DNA of 64,000 nt, taken from NCBI RefSeq assembly GCF_009834535.1, contig NC_045697.1, forward strand, positions 71,798,001 through 71,862,000, given 5' to 3'. The translations under genes and the position numbers were made by a program. Below are positions 24,857 through 38,535 of the stretch, piece after piece. Position 1 is the first letter of the stretch. Each line of letters starts with the position of its first letter. The notes below the pieces were generated by a model. That model made no database searches. It was not told the origin of the DNA and saw only the letters and a list, made by a program, of their open reading frames with translations. This stretch comes from Camelus ferus. Taxonomy: Eukaryota.

Positions 24857-27800
24857 TTAGCCCTGTCCTTTTGGAATTTTCAATTGCATTTCTGTAATTT
24901 GAGTCTTATTAGCAGAACTAGTATTTAGTATTTGTTCCAAGTGAGCATAACCAGATCCTACTGGTTACTTTTTAGGACAGTAACATTTCCTGATAGAAGA
25001 AAAAAAAAATTGAGGCCAGAGAAATTACTTTTGGTAATCACTGTGCATGAAAAGTGAACTCATCACAGTGTCTAGAATACTGCAATGACTTCCTAAAACC
25101 CAAACCACTTCTCTTTGAAACAAAAGGAAAATGACTAGGGATGTTACTGGAATAACATCTACACTGCTATCATTTTTTATCGAGTACAAAAGTGCAAAAA
25201 TTAAAGTCAGGCAGTGAGCCTACATGAAATCATATGAGAGGAGGTAAGCCCCAGTCCAGTGCTCTGCAAGCAATAGATGTTAAATATAGGTTGCCTGCCT
25301 GGTAATAAGAGGGGGAAGGAGCTGCCTGCCCAATGGTGGGGTAGGGACTTTGCTGATAAACTCATTACAATGGCCTCAAGCTCTAATTACACAGAATTTC
25401 ATAAACCAACTGCTCCCTCCCTCTCTGAAAGTCCCAACTTTCTGGATAAAAAACATTTCTAGAATAGAACTATTCTTATTTGCATCAAAAAAGGTAAATA
25501 TGCAAATAAAGCCAGTTTGTATTCTACTCAAATAAAAATTCAGTTCCTTAAAAGTAGAAAAAGTAATTGATAGTGAGATTTCCTGGTTTGGGAGAGGGTT
25601 TTTATGGGAAGACTTCTATCAGACTTAAAGTTTCCATTACAAGTTGGAAAGAAAATTGTTTTCTCCTTCGGAAACCAAAGCATTCATTGATATTTCCGTT
25701 GAATTGGAATTTCCCTCATGCAGATATATACTTTCCAAATTCCTATCTCCACCAGTCTCCAGAGTAAGCTGTAACCACATCTGTGACCTCATTTGTGCTG
25801 GATGACCATTTGCAGATTCTTCCTAAAAATTAAAATTAAACAATGTTTTAAAAAGCTATAACTCCTGACTCTGTGTCTGCCAGGCAGTAAACTACTTTCA
25901 GGGGAAAGACCTTCATATAATGTGGCTGATGTGACCATCTGTGGCCATGCCACCTCTAGTGTGCCTGTTTAAATGTGTTGACCTGTATTGGATCAATTTG
26001 TTGAAACTGGTAACCTGTAACTCTTGCTAGCAGAATGAAATGGTGCTTTAAATCTGACCAGAATGTTCGGTCTATCTTGGTCCATTTGCAAAGAGACTAC
26101 ATCTCTTCTCTGAGGTTATTTTCACTGGTCAGTATGACGACTTTCATAGGGTTAGAACCTTCTGTTCCCTGCCTTTGCTAGCTAGACAAAGGGGTTTACA
26201 TTGCTTTCCTGTACCTCCTTCTGCCTTTTCGTTATTAGCATTCACAGGATACAAATTGAGGAAACAAAGTAGATAGAGAAAGGCTAGAGAGGTTGCATTA
26301 TGACCCTTGCCCCTCCTGATTGTTTTTCATGTCTGTCCTCTCTCATCAGTAGGCACTAATGACACATTTGAACTTTGCTTAAAATAATACACCAAAATGG
26401 GGGACCTTGTGGAAACTGACCAGATCTTATTTACCTTTGCATTCTTTGGACCTAGCACAGCACTTAGCTACGTAGTTAGCAATCTAATGAACGTTTGTTG
26501 AGTGAATAATAAACATACTCCTGCTTCTATACAGTATCATTCCCTGAAATACCCAGAGCACATTACAAATTTGCACGTTTTAATTTTATATCAAATCCGT
26601 AGTTTCAAGAACGATCATCAGTGATAGGTACATAGCTCTAAACAATATTTCATTTTACACTTCACATAGGCATGGAACATCAAGGGGTTTGTGGTTTCTA
26701 ACTCATATCTTTATGAATGCACTTGGCTGTTGCACAGACTTTCCATTACCTTAGCCACTTATAAAATAATTCCAAATAAGCTTTATCAGATTTTCAAAGA
26801 AGGTCAGTTCTGGAAGAGCCATTTGCTTGAAACAGGCCACTAATGAGGTTGACATGAAGAATGTTCTTGCAGAAGCAACCTGGAAAGACAAATAGTGCAA
26901 GTGAATTCATTATATTTCACCTTCTCCTCCTCTGCTCTTCTGATAGTTCTGCTTTGCTTAACATTTTGAATATTTAATACTATGCTAATTTTTTCCCATT
27001 CAATGTCATTTCTATTCTAGGGAAAATTTTACCAAAGTCATTCCACCAATATTTAAAATAAATGAGGGTGGTATTTGGGACATTTTCATTGTTTGAGATT
27101 ATTTTAAACCTCAAAGATTGTTTTTCTTTCTTTACGGACTTTTTGTTTTTAATGTTTAAAGGTAGTGACAGCTACTAATAATGCATTCATTGTTCTTCTC
27201 AAATTCCCATTTTAGGTAAGAAAAGAAAAATAAGGTTTCAGTAGGGCAGAGAATCATCAAAATTGATGTGTGTCATAACTGCCTTGATAGCATCATTTGA
27301 ACACTGACGCAGTAAAATATGGTCAAAAATATCCTCCAAGAATTCAAACAGATGGAGACAGGACCATCTCTGTGTATTATAAAAAAAACTAACATTGGTA
27401 ATATTGGTCTGTGATTTAACTTTCTAGTGTTTCTATTAGTCTAAGCTCCCAGTGAAAATAATCTTTTCCTCAAAATGTAGCATTCTACTTAAAGTCATAC
27501 TCATTTAAGAATTTATCCAGGCACCATTTGGCCTAGAATGACTTGCGAGAAAAGAATTGGTAGCATCTTAGAATGTCAGAACTGAGTAAGACACTGGAGA
27601 GCATCTCATCCAAGCCTTAACTTCATTAGCACAGAAAATAAAGGCTCAGAAGAGAGCCGTTTGCCCATGTCATGCATGTTGTTAATATTAAGACAAAACT
27701 CTACCCCTTCCACTGTGCCAGATTGATTAGCATTCTGGTATATAGATTTTTTTCAGTTATTGTGTGTTTAGAACAGACTCTCACCTTACTACAAATCCTG

Positions 27801-29734
27801 TTGTACAAAAACAAATACTTTCATGTACTAAGCTGAGTGATCTATACCCAATGCTCAGTTATCCCTATATCATCGAATTTTATAGTTACCTCTTACAAAA
27901 GTTATGTGGGTGAAATGGTAAATATAAAGTGTATAAAGCTTTTTAGAACAAAGATTTTGCAATTTTAAATGTTTTAATGTTGACTGTAAAAAGAAAGATG
28001 AGCACATTCTGGAATTTTGTGTCTGTGTATTCTTTTCCTAAGGCTAAGAGAGTATGTGTCTTTGGTATGCATGTTTACGTCGGTGATCATTTGGATGGGT
28101 TAGCTCTTTCTGCAGGAAGCAAGTTAATATAGGTCTTTTCCCAAGATTACCTCATATTCAAAAACACCTAATTTTCACATCAATGAGAGAATAGCGTGGT
28201 GGCAATATACTGATTGCTAATTGAGTTCTTATAAGGAAATGAGGCTTGTCTGTAGGTAGAAGGAGAGGAAGGGTTGTAGTGGGTGTAGCTGGAGGTGAGT
28301 TAAGAGGGAATTTCTGGGGAGGTTATGCAGGTAGAGAGGGTCTTCACACCACGGAGCACGATTTAGTGCACATCCTGCTCTTAAAGAGTTGTCAGCACTT
28401 TCATCATTGTCCTACTCAGAGCATCCTGCTCTCCCATCCCAGTCCTTCACTCCATCCCAGGCTGCTCCAAATATAAACGCTGGGGAAATGTCGACAAAAA
28501 TAAATGTGCTGCTGTAACTTCTCAGTCTGGCAACTGAGCATGTGTACCTGTTTGATGTTTACAGTATTTCACAAACTCTAGACCTTTGTTGTCAACAAAT
28601 TGTATTTCAATAAAATATAAGATGTAAAGTGACTTTTAACAAACGAATGCCAAAAAGCTGGAAAAAAGTAATTCCAAGTGCTCTGTAGCTTCAAAGTTCA
28701 TCAGCATTCTTAAAGCTTGTTAATTAATGTCCTTTTTTATTGGAAGAATTTATTCTCTGAATTCATCTTTGGATTCAGATTATTTCCTGTATTAATGGTG
28801 CCAGATTACAGCTTTTTTGTCTGAGACAGTCTCCGTTATTATCTTAAGAATATTGGCAAGAAAGCACAGAGCGTCTGCATGTTATTAAAATTTCAAAAGT
28901 GTTTCATTTTTTCAAGACTTTTAGAACTGGCCAATGAAAAAAAAATCAAGCACCACTTGTAAAAATGCTTTTATTATCCTAAAATATATTCACACACCAT
29001 ATATCCATCAGTGTGTTTTATTTTAGAAAAAAAATGTAAGCCGCAAACCAAGAACTTGCCAGTAAGTTATATTTAGCATGTTTTCCAAATACTAACTTGA
29101 AGCAGAAAATTGATTTTCAACCAAAAATGTTATTTCATGTGTCTGATTTCTCTTAAAGGCATCATACTTTGAAAATATATTTGCTTCTCCTGTTTGAAGG
29201 AGGACAGGAGTGCAGAGTACCCTTTCTGTTGACAGCAGCTGGCAAATTATATATGCTTAATAAGTAATTACTGATTTGAAATGGTTTAGGGAAACTTCTT
29301 GAATTTAAAAAAAAAATGATATGTGGATTAATCACAGATATGACTTTGATATTAGATTGGTTTAAAGATATTAAGGCCAAAGACAGAGATTGAAAATAAC
29401 TCCTGGGCTGCATCTCCCAGTCAGAGTGATACCTGCTGGAACCATCCAACCCCAATACCCTCAGTCCTCCATGCCTCTGCCAGGTTGTCCCAGGAAATCC
29501 TGGGAGCTGCTAAGAAAAGCATGAGACACAAGCATGTTGGAAATGCCCTGGGGTTCTTTTTAATCTCCTCCCTATGGCTCCTTCGTTACCTGTTTTGTTT
29601 TGTTTTGTTTACTTTTGCCAGGATGTACTTGCTTTACAATTTCTTTCAGATTGTTTTACTACATCTAGTTCTTGGCATGCTAACTGTTTGGCTAACTGTC
29701 TCACTGTGGTTTGTTTCCTCATGTGATTTGTAAT

Positions 29735-29888
29735 TCTTTTTTTTTTTTTAAGTGAAGTATCGTTGATGTGCAATGTTCTATAAGTTAAAGGTGTACAGTG
29801 TAGCCATTCACAATTTTTAAAGGTAAGACTCCATTTATAGTTATTATAAAACATTGCCTCTAATCCCTGTGTGGTGCAATGTATCCTT
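29735..29888 (-). mobile_element. Short L1 3'-end fragment
   Basis: poly-T followed by gaagtatcgttgat...ggtgtacag...ccatttatagttattataaaa. Confidence 0.75.
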
Positions 29889-30863
29889 AGTTATGGAAGA
29901 GGAGAGGCAGCAGTGCTGGGAAGAACCAAGCAATAGATTGCAGTGCAAAGCTTGAGGGTCCAGCTTGCATCCCACTGACGGCAGTTCTGGGGTTATTGCA
30001 AGATTATGTAGCCCTTTTACCTGTTAGTTATTTCCACCTTCCTCGTCAATAAACATATGAATAGATCTCTAAGGCCTCTTCCAGTTCCCAAACACCTATA
30101 ATTTAAACTTGCCATAAAAAATAAATGGAACTCTGGGATGTTCAATTTCTAAAGTCAGGCTGTAAAGGCTATAGACTTTTTCATTAACATATGCCAGAAG
30201 GTAGACGGAACTTTGTGGGTGCTCAGTAAATATTAAACAATCAATTTTATCTTTCATTTGCAAAATGGGGTGACTAATGCTGACTTGTCTCACAGAATTC
30301 CATGTGAGAAATAATAAATGAGAACAAAGCACTTTTCAGATAATGAAGTAATTCGAATAAGCTGCTTTAATAGGTCTGAGGTCTAGCTACATGATGCAAG
30401 AATAAAGTGTCTTTTTTATTATTGCATCTGTGAAATACAACAGCCTTTTTATCTGTTTAAGAAGAAACAGTCATTATCCTTGCTTATCACCAAAAAGTCA
30501 GCGTGAGTAATTTCTGTGCAAATGGAATTTTTCATGTGATTTTAGCATTTATCACTTTTAACAAAATGCAGCTTTTATCTTTACCTGATATCAAAATGGA
30601 ATCACATCTTGATTTGAACAGTTTAATGAGGCGTTCCATCAGCATTATACTACTCTGCACAAAGAAAACGCTTTTGAAATGACTGATAAGCTGCACAAAT
30701 GAGAAAATTGTAAATTTAATAATCCTCCTACTCAAAAAATAATACAATTCAGAAATTGTTACTGAGGAAAATGAAATATGGCATTCTAGTTTCCTAGAGA
30801 CTTCCATAGCATGTTCGTTTTTATGTTTATGTTCAATAAATAATATGCTATATTTTTTTACAG

Positions 30864-30929
30864 TGTTTCAACAAAAGGCAGCCAGAAGACAGTCTGATGG
30901 TGACAAGTTTCATGGTCCTAAGAAACAAG
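30864..30929 (+). CDS. BANK1: BANK1 coding exon (~exon 11), VFQQKAARRQSDGDKFHGPKKQ
   Basis: tttttttacag acceptor and g|gtactg donor; 66 nt, phase 1 to 1; continues the conserved YIAQ-VFQQK motif. Confidence 0.94.
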
Positions 30930-33900
30930 GTACTGACATGAACTTCAGTTTATTTACTGATCTCTAAGTAAGATTTAAAGAAGTCTTATGAATACTGAAC
31001 AAAGTCTCCTGAAGTAGGAGTAAGTGTGAACTATATTAATTTTACTCTTACATCAGTGTCTTACCCAAATACAATTTTTCCATAATAAGATTAATGCAAG
31101 GAAATTATTTTAATTAACAAAGGCAAGAAATGGCCTTGTGAAGATATTTGTGGAGATGTTGATGGTGTTGTTCGTTATCAGGGCTCTGGGAGGGTCAAGT
31201 AGGACAGACTCTCTAGTGTGTCTCCATGCTGCCCTAGACCTTCAGAGAGAAGCCCCTGGAACTTAGCTTGGTGGAAGGGCAGATGGTCGGTTCCCCAAAC
31301 AAGGGGACCAGCATGGGTTGTCTGTGCTCTACACTGAACTCCAAAGACTGTACCCTTCTCTCACTATTCTCTTGCCTTCAGCACTTGATCCAGCAGTTGT
31401 TTTGAACAATTATTTGTCACGCAGAGAAGAGCTGGATACTGTCACTACAAGTCATCTCACACAGGAGGAATAGTTCCCTCATGCTCTGTAAGGAGGCAGC
31501 TGCCTTCAGTCTCCCCTGACATACTTGGTTCCTATTGAAAAGGGAGATTCTAGCAGGTTACTTATTATGAGTCTTTGCCGATAATCAGGCCTTGATTAAA
31601 GGTCAAAAATGAAAAACATAAAGGGTGGCAGAGGTGGAGGTGGCACGGCTGACTCTGATGATCAGTGAGCATGTACAAATGCTTCTGGCCTCAACGCACT
31701 GTTGAAATAACGTCACTCTAAAATAATAATACTGTGAAATTTTTACCCTTAAATTATTGAGAAAAACATTATAATAAAATTGGGAGGTTATTTCACAGCA
31801 GCCACTAACCACAGCCACAGTCAGTCTCTTCTGGGGGCCATTGTGAAAATAGGAAGGTACCGATCGCAACCACTCCTAACACTCCCTGTGCTGTTAAATA
31901 CAGAGCCTCAACAGACTAGCTCCGCGGACACCGAGGGTCATCCTCCAAACGAAGATGTGTCTTTAAAAGAGTGATCTTCACCCATCACTTCGAGTGTCAT
32001 TTGTCATGGCAGCAAGGTTGTACTTAGATCATTCTTCCAATTAAGTTCACTGGTGTTTGAATGGAGCACACGATGACCCCGAACTCCCAGCCTCCCTTGA
32101 ATCACTTGGATATACTTCTTATAAATCTGCATGCAAAAAACTCTCCTCATTGGACAGCTTTTCATTTCTAGTGGTTTCTTATTTGGAGGAGCAAGATACA
32201 TTAAGTCTACTATTATCCTCCCACTGTGCCTTTAGCTCTCTCAAGAAATAAATGCAGAACTCCATATGAGATTATTGTCCAATTAGGATCCAACCGTTAT
32301 TGAAGGAATTAAATGAAGTAGAGAAGATTATTCTTATCTGGACTCCCCTGCATACCTCACAGAGCTTCCATTTGGAAAGAATAAAGAGGGGGGAATGCTT
32401 TGAGCTCTTGGGGAGAAAATTTCCCTGAACCATTTTTAATAAATTATTCAGTTACCATATTTTTAATTAGATTCTGTTAGAATTAAGGGACAGATGTGAA
32501 GAAGGCCACAGGAGATGAGGGAAGGTGACGAGTAGCAAGTGTAAGGAAGGGATCCTCGGAATGCCTACCCTTACCCACCATCCTCAGGGTGTCCCCCAGC
32601 ATGCCATCGAGGGAAAGGCTGCTAATGCACTTGAAGCTGGAAGGGACCAATTATCATTCTATCATATGCATAGAAAAAAAAAATATTCCCTTCTGTACTC
32701 AGAAAAAAAGGGAGAAGAGAGAATGGTGAAAGGAAACAAGAACCTAAATTATACTTTATTGGTTTAATATTTGTCTGTATCTTGTGAACTTAATTTGCTT
32801 CATCAAGATCAGTGATGACTAAATTTGTTTAATTCTTAGGGGTTAGGATACTGAAAATTTTAATCAAATATTCTTGTGTGAATTTTTCTCTCTTTAGATG
32901 TTTTAAATCCATTTATTGGTGATAGTTTTGGTTAGTCACTTTAGAGCAGTTCCATGGGATTCCTTTAACCAATACTTAAGCAAAATGGAAACAAATATTG
33001 TTCTGTTTGCAAGGACTGGAGGAATATTCAATCTTATGACACGTTTAGAACAAAAAAGCTTCCCTGGTGACTGCAGTCTGCAGAGGAATCAGAATCTAGC
33101 ATAGGAGAAAAAATCAAGAATAACTGCGGAGATTTTGAAATTAAAGAATTAAGTACCCAGTGGACTCTGTCTAACCATTTTTCTCAAAACCTTTCTAGAC
33201 ACGTGTGGCCTTACAGACAGTGGGACATTCTAGGCAATTAAAACCGCTCATCCCTAAATTAACGAATGCTCTTCAAATATCGTGGGATTTCACGGCGTAA
33301 CAGGAAGAGCAATACGAGCGCAATACATGCTTCACCAATGCTAATCTCGTTATTTGGTAAAGAACAGAAAGGGCCCTTTTATGAAGTATTTGTCAGAGTT
33401 AAGATTTTTTAAAGGGATTAGACAGGTTCTCTAAAGGCTAAAGAAATTACTCAATTATTTCACTCGACCCTGGAAGGGAAAGGCACAATGAGAGCCAACT
33501 GTTTTCCCACGGAAAGTATAGGCTTTTCAGATGCCCCGTGTTGAAGACTGCCGAGGGATTGCCAGGAACTTACATTATTGCTAAGTCAAGGAATTTTCCT
33601 GAGGAACAGAAAAACATTAATTGGCACCATTTCCACAGGAAACTCGACAGATTTCTTCAACTCAATTTTCACATCTTGAAAAAAATCTAAGAAAAATGCT
33701 GAGGACTTTGGATCATAGATAAAAGTTTCCATCAAAATGTAGTTTTTAAAATCAGTTTTTCCAAGTTGGTTTTAAAATTAGAAAAATTTTTAAATCAGTG
33801 CCAGAGTGGTGTCCCCAGAATATGCTGCCACCACACCTCCACCCACTTCCCTAAACTGTGTCTCACGGAGCAGTCAAGGGTTTGGTCTTCAAATCTGCAA

Positions 33901-34721
33901 ACCAGAGAACTGAATTTTGTCAGTGGGTTTGGAGTCAATCAGAGTCTTATAGTCTGAGTCCTGTTAACCAAGCTCACAGAGGACTGATTTATAACCCCCA
34001 ATTCCAATCTATTAAATCTATACTGTAGCAGGGTTCCTTTCCAGTGACTAGAATGCTTGCATTCATTAGGCCCTTGCCAAATAATACAGTTTCTATAAAA
34101 TATAGCTAGTAATTAGGCAAACATGACCAGGTCAAAGGGTAATGGACGAATGTCAGGGCTTCAAGGACATGTAAAAATCTGGTTAATTCTCCTGCCTCAC
34201 AAAATCTTATAGTAGTCTAGGGTCAAGATTGTTCACATCTCCTGTACCTGTTACAGCTTTTCTTCCCTCTGTTGTATCTTTTGGGGGGCCATACTAAGGG
34301 GGTCTTTTCTACCTTCATTGGAATCATCTCTGTTTTATTAATTAACACAGTCTTATCTCAGATATGATACATGGCAACTGAAGAGGTTTAGGCTTCTTAC
34401 CTTCTTACCTGCCTCCCTGTGAGCATGAGTCACAGCCACAGGTGTGCTCAGCTACACCGTTAAGTAGTGCCCTGAGCGTGCTTTGTTGCTGTAACACTTA
34501 GGAGGCAAACCATTTCCTTGCAGGGTAGAGCTAGGTGGGAGGTGGGAGGAGCACGACCACCCTAACCAGCTGCCTGTACCAGTGACTCTCATTCCTACGT
34601 GAGCATAAGAAGTGTTTGTAGAAATTCTAGAATTTGGTCGCCTAAGTCCTACTGTAGACGTGGGCTACAAGTGTAACGCGTGAGAATAGTAATGAGCTCT
34701 AAGAATAATAAATCTCAAACC

Positions 34722-34723
<2 letters not shown>

Positions 34724-34755
<32 letters not shown>
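34724..34755. repeat. (CA)n microsatellite
   Basis: direct reading. Confidence 0.95.
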
Positions 34756-34757
<2 letters not shown>

Positions 34758-37039
34758 TTAACCAAACGAAACTGTTTCAAAGGCTATCTTGTGATCACAT
34801 CTGGCCTCTAAATATGTTATCATGTGCACAGTATAATTTCAATTTTTTGCTGTTTCCACCATGCTAAAATCCATGTCTCATGTAAAAATTCAAATCCCCG
34901 ATCACACCCAATTATATTATTGAATCATTTGCTACAGATGACTTTTGCTGTTATCATTTGTTACCATCCTTTCCATGTTGTTTTCTTATATTTGAGACAC
35001 GTTTCTCTAAACTTATAATTCTATCAGAAGTGGGAAAATAAAAGAGATACCAAGAGAATCATGCTATCAATAAAAACACAAATAGGAAATATTTATTTTT
35101 GATAATGAAGACTATTCAGATGTGTTTAATAAGCAGGCACTAAGTCTTCTCTGCTCAATAACTCTGTCTGGCCCATGTTGGCTTACGAGTTTGCAACCTC
35201 TGGTATAGTCTCTGCCCACTAGTTCTCCACTGCAGACTGCAAAGTCGTTATTGGCTGGTCTTTCCAGAGGGTGTGCATGCTCTTGGGAAAGATACAGTCA
35301 GGGAACGTATCTTGTACAAGCTTTCTAAATGCCCAGTACTGCAGCAGTTTGATGAATGTTAAATAATAGAGTTTTCTCTAAGCAGGAGACCTGGGGAAAA
35401 GCAGATGGTATTACCCTTATGTGGGGAAAAGAGAATGCTGGTCCCTGAGGTATTTTTATCAGACTGTTTTGGCCAGTACTGGATATATTAAAAAGAAAAG
35501 AGGGGAAATTATCAAAATGTGGTTATTTGTATCCCAGAAAAGAATAATGGCTTCAGATCTCTTTTTCAGTATAACTTACATTTCCATTTGTCATATTATT
35601 CACGGGAGGGTTTTTGGTTTTTTTTTTTTTTTTTTTTTCATTCTAGTCATACCTGGAAAAACTTGTGGAATAGCTGCGTTCTTGTCTAAAATTGGGATGT
35701 GTCAACAGCCCACAGTGACCTCTCAGAAATGCTTGTGAAAGAAAGGCGTCAAAAAGATGAAATTCTTAATAATAGTGGAAACAAAGATTGGAGCTGATAC
35801 TAGCTAGGATGTGAGACTAATTCCAATTAATTCTAAGGTTAAAGAAAGGGGATTAAAACAAATAAAATCAGTATTCCACCCGCTGACCCCCAGCTATCAC
35901 TCTACTATAAGAATGCTAATTTTTTTTTAAGTTTTCCCCACTTCAGCTCTGGTCTTTATATACACATGCAGAAAAAGTAGTTCTCCCAGTAGAAAGCCTC
36001 CTGAGACCCTTCAGTAAAGCTCTGGGATGGAAAGATGGGTTGGGCAGGAAGAATTACTGTTTATTCAGGGAGTCAGTTGCTTGCAGCCTCTCAGTACACA
36101 GTGCCAAAGAATCATGTTCCATCTATATGTGGCAAAGCTGCCTTAGACAAAGCCTGCTAAGCCCTGTGATCTTGAGTTGTGAATTACACCTATCAGAGTC
36201 TTCTGCAATCCTTGAGCACAGAACAAAATTTGATCTGAACACAAGGAATAGAAGCAAAGGATAAATAAACACCAAATCTCTTGTTGAGCGTGATTCCGTA
36301 GATGCGTTTTCTCTCAAGGAGGTTGAAGAAGAGAACAAATAAATAATATGAAAACTTCAAAAACCACGTTAAGGAAAAGGAAAGATAATTTCATCGTGAA
36401 GATTCAGGATAATTATGCTTCCGTAAATCATTTATTTAATGAGTAAGGTTGAGTAAGTGCTTCCCAAGAAGCACTACGCTATCAGTATGGAGATAAGAGA
36501 AAATACGCACACGTGTGTACGTGCACATGCGCTCCACTCACATACACAAAGTAAGAACATTTCAACTAATGACTTGCAATTGTTTAAATCTGAAGCTTTT
36601 TGTAAGTATTTTAACTTTTTAGAAAATAACTGTAAAGAAGTATGATATATTTTGAACTTTCATTTACTAGATTAAGGTAAATTGCGTATAGTCTATCTCT
36701 ATCCCACCTTTGTATCGAAAGATGGAAACTAAAAGAAAAGGCAAAAAAAAGAGTAAGATTTTGTATAGAACAACAGTTATGACAATATGCGTGTCAGTGA
36801 AACAGCCTCACAGAGCAGGAGCAGTCACCGAGGGCCGTGTGCAGCATTCATACACCACGGCAAGTCCTCACAGCTGTCTTATGAGACAGGTATTATTTTC
36901 CCTTTGAAGATGGATTCGTTATCTCTAATCAAGGCCACAGAACTAAGAGGTAGAGATAAAATTTAAATTTAATGCTGTTTGACTCTGAAGTCTAAGTTTC
37001 CTACTGTCCTGTCGTTCCAAGTAGTCATTATAACAGCAA

Positions 37040-37255
37040 TTACAACACAATTTCTATGACGCCCTGGGCTTTCGCACAAGCTTGGATGGTTACAAAGCAT
37101 GTCACACATATAAGCTCCTTCAACCCTGGCAACAACCCTGTAATAAAGGTGTTATTTATCTGCATTTTATAGACAAATTGAAGTTTACAAAGGCTGGGTG
37201 AGAGAGCTGAGATTTGTACCCATGCTCGCCTGGTTCCAAATACCACCTTACACAT
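37040..37255 (-). mobile_element. MIR SINE
   Basis: caacaaccctgtaata...cattttatagacaaattgaag...gagctgagatttgtaccca. Confidence 0.65.
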
Positions 37256-37938
37256 TTTCTTTTATAAAAGATGCAGATTCAAATTTGGATAAAAGACAAA
37301 AATCAAACTATATTCTGCTTTTAAAAGATATAAGACAAAAAATACTAAAGAAAAGTTAAAAATGTATGGTCAGTAATGAATGCTGAAAGAAACAGAAATG
37401 GAGTTGTTTTCAACCTTAATTTTAGAAAAAAAAGAACTCAAGACAAAAGCATTAGAAAAGAAAATCTATTTATTTATTTAAATTCTAAAATCCAAATAAA
37501 AGCATGTCGTTCATGCTCTTTTATGTGGCAAATTTTAAAACATTTAAATATTTAAATAAAATATGGTAGAATAAAAGAATCTGACAAAAACCACAGTAAT
37601 AGTGAGAGGTCATAAATACTTTGAATCTTTGATAAAATAGTAAAAATGCAAAAAAAATTAAGATAATGTAAGTTTGTACTTAATAGACTATACACCTTTC
37701 AAGATCCTTAATTGATAATAGGCTATCTCACTTTTTAAAAATTTAATAAAAATATAACCTACTCAACTAACTTTCTGATCTCAGTATACTTTTCAAAGAA
37801 TTAATAGCAGAAATGAAAAACAACTGGAGAAATTCTAGAAAACTTCTGAAGGCAAAGAGAAAATTAGAAACACAATTGAATGCTTAGAAAGCAAACTGTA
37901 AGCAGAGGAAACATCATGGCCTTAAAGCTTTAGTTATT

Positions 37939-38031
37939 TTCTTTTTCATGTCAGGCAAAATTTAATCATGAAAATGTAAATCTACAAAAGACAATTTGGA
38001 AGAATTATTTGCATTATCCAAATATTCTTTG
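37939..38031 (-). pseudogene. Candidate ~93-bp retrocopy of an mRNA 3' end, flanked by a 16-bp TSD
   Basis: perfect taaagctttagttatt at 37923-37938 and 38032-38047; minus-strand ATTAAA 14 nt before an A-rich tail. Confidence 0.65.
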
Positions 38032-38347
38032 TAAAGCTTTAGTTATTAAACAAGAAAAGGAAAACAAAGAAACTGAACACTAGTGAAAAAAAATTATGGA
38101 ATAAAAACTAATGAAATAAATGGTAGAATTTAAAGAATTCACAGATGTGAAACCACAAGGACTATTGACTAAATCTAAAAGTTTACTTTTAAAAAGAGTA
38201 AATTAGCAAATCCTCTGGCAAATCTAATCAAGAGACAACACCAATGAGAAAATCAGTCACGAGAAGATGTCAGTACATAGAATCAGAGGAATTGTTTGTG
38301 CTTGAAAATGTATGACTTTTCAAAGAGAAATACTAGTTAACAAAGTT

Positions 38348-38535
38348 ATGTCAGGTCATAATGACATGTCAGCATAGGCTCTTCAGTTGTAACACGTGTG
38401 CCCCTCCGGTGGGCGACGTTGATAATGTGGGAAGCGATGCACATGTGGAGACTGGGGTATATGGGAGACCTTTGTACTTCTGCTCATTTTGACTATGAAC
38501 ATAAAACTGCTCTAAATAATAAAGTGTATTAATAA
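38348..38535 (+). mobile_element. L1MC-like 3'-end fragment
   Basis: gttgataatgtgggaag...gtatatgggaga..tgtacttctgctcattttg...aaaactgctctaaataataaagt; short aacaaagt flanking repeat. Confidence 0.75.

Noticed and set aside
33280..34450. Scattered kB-like (ggaattttcc ~33590), AP-1 (tgagtca 34426) and E-box (caggtg 34439) motifs
   Set aside because: Short motifs spread over more than 1 kb; not distinguishable from chance without chromatin data.
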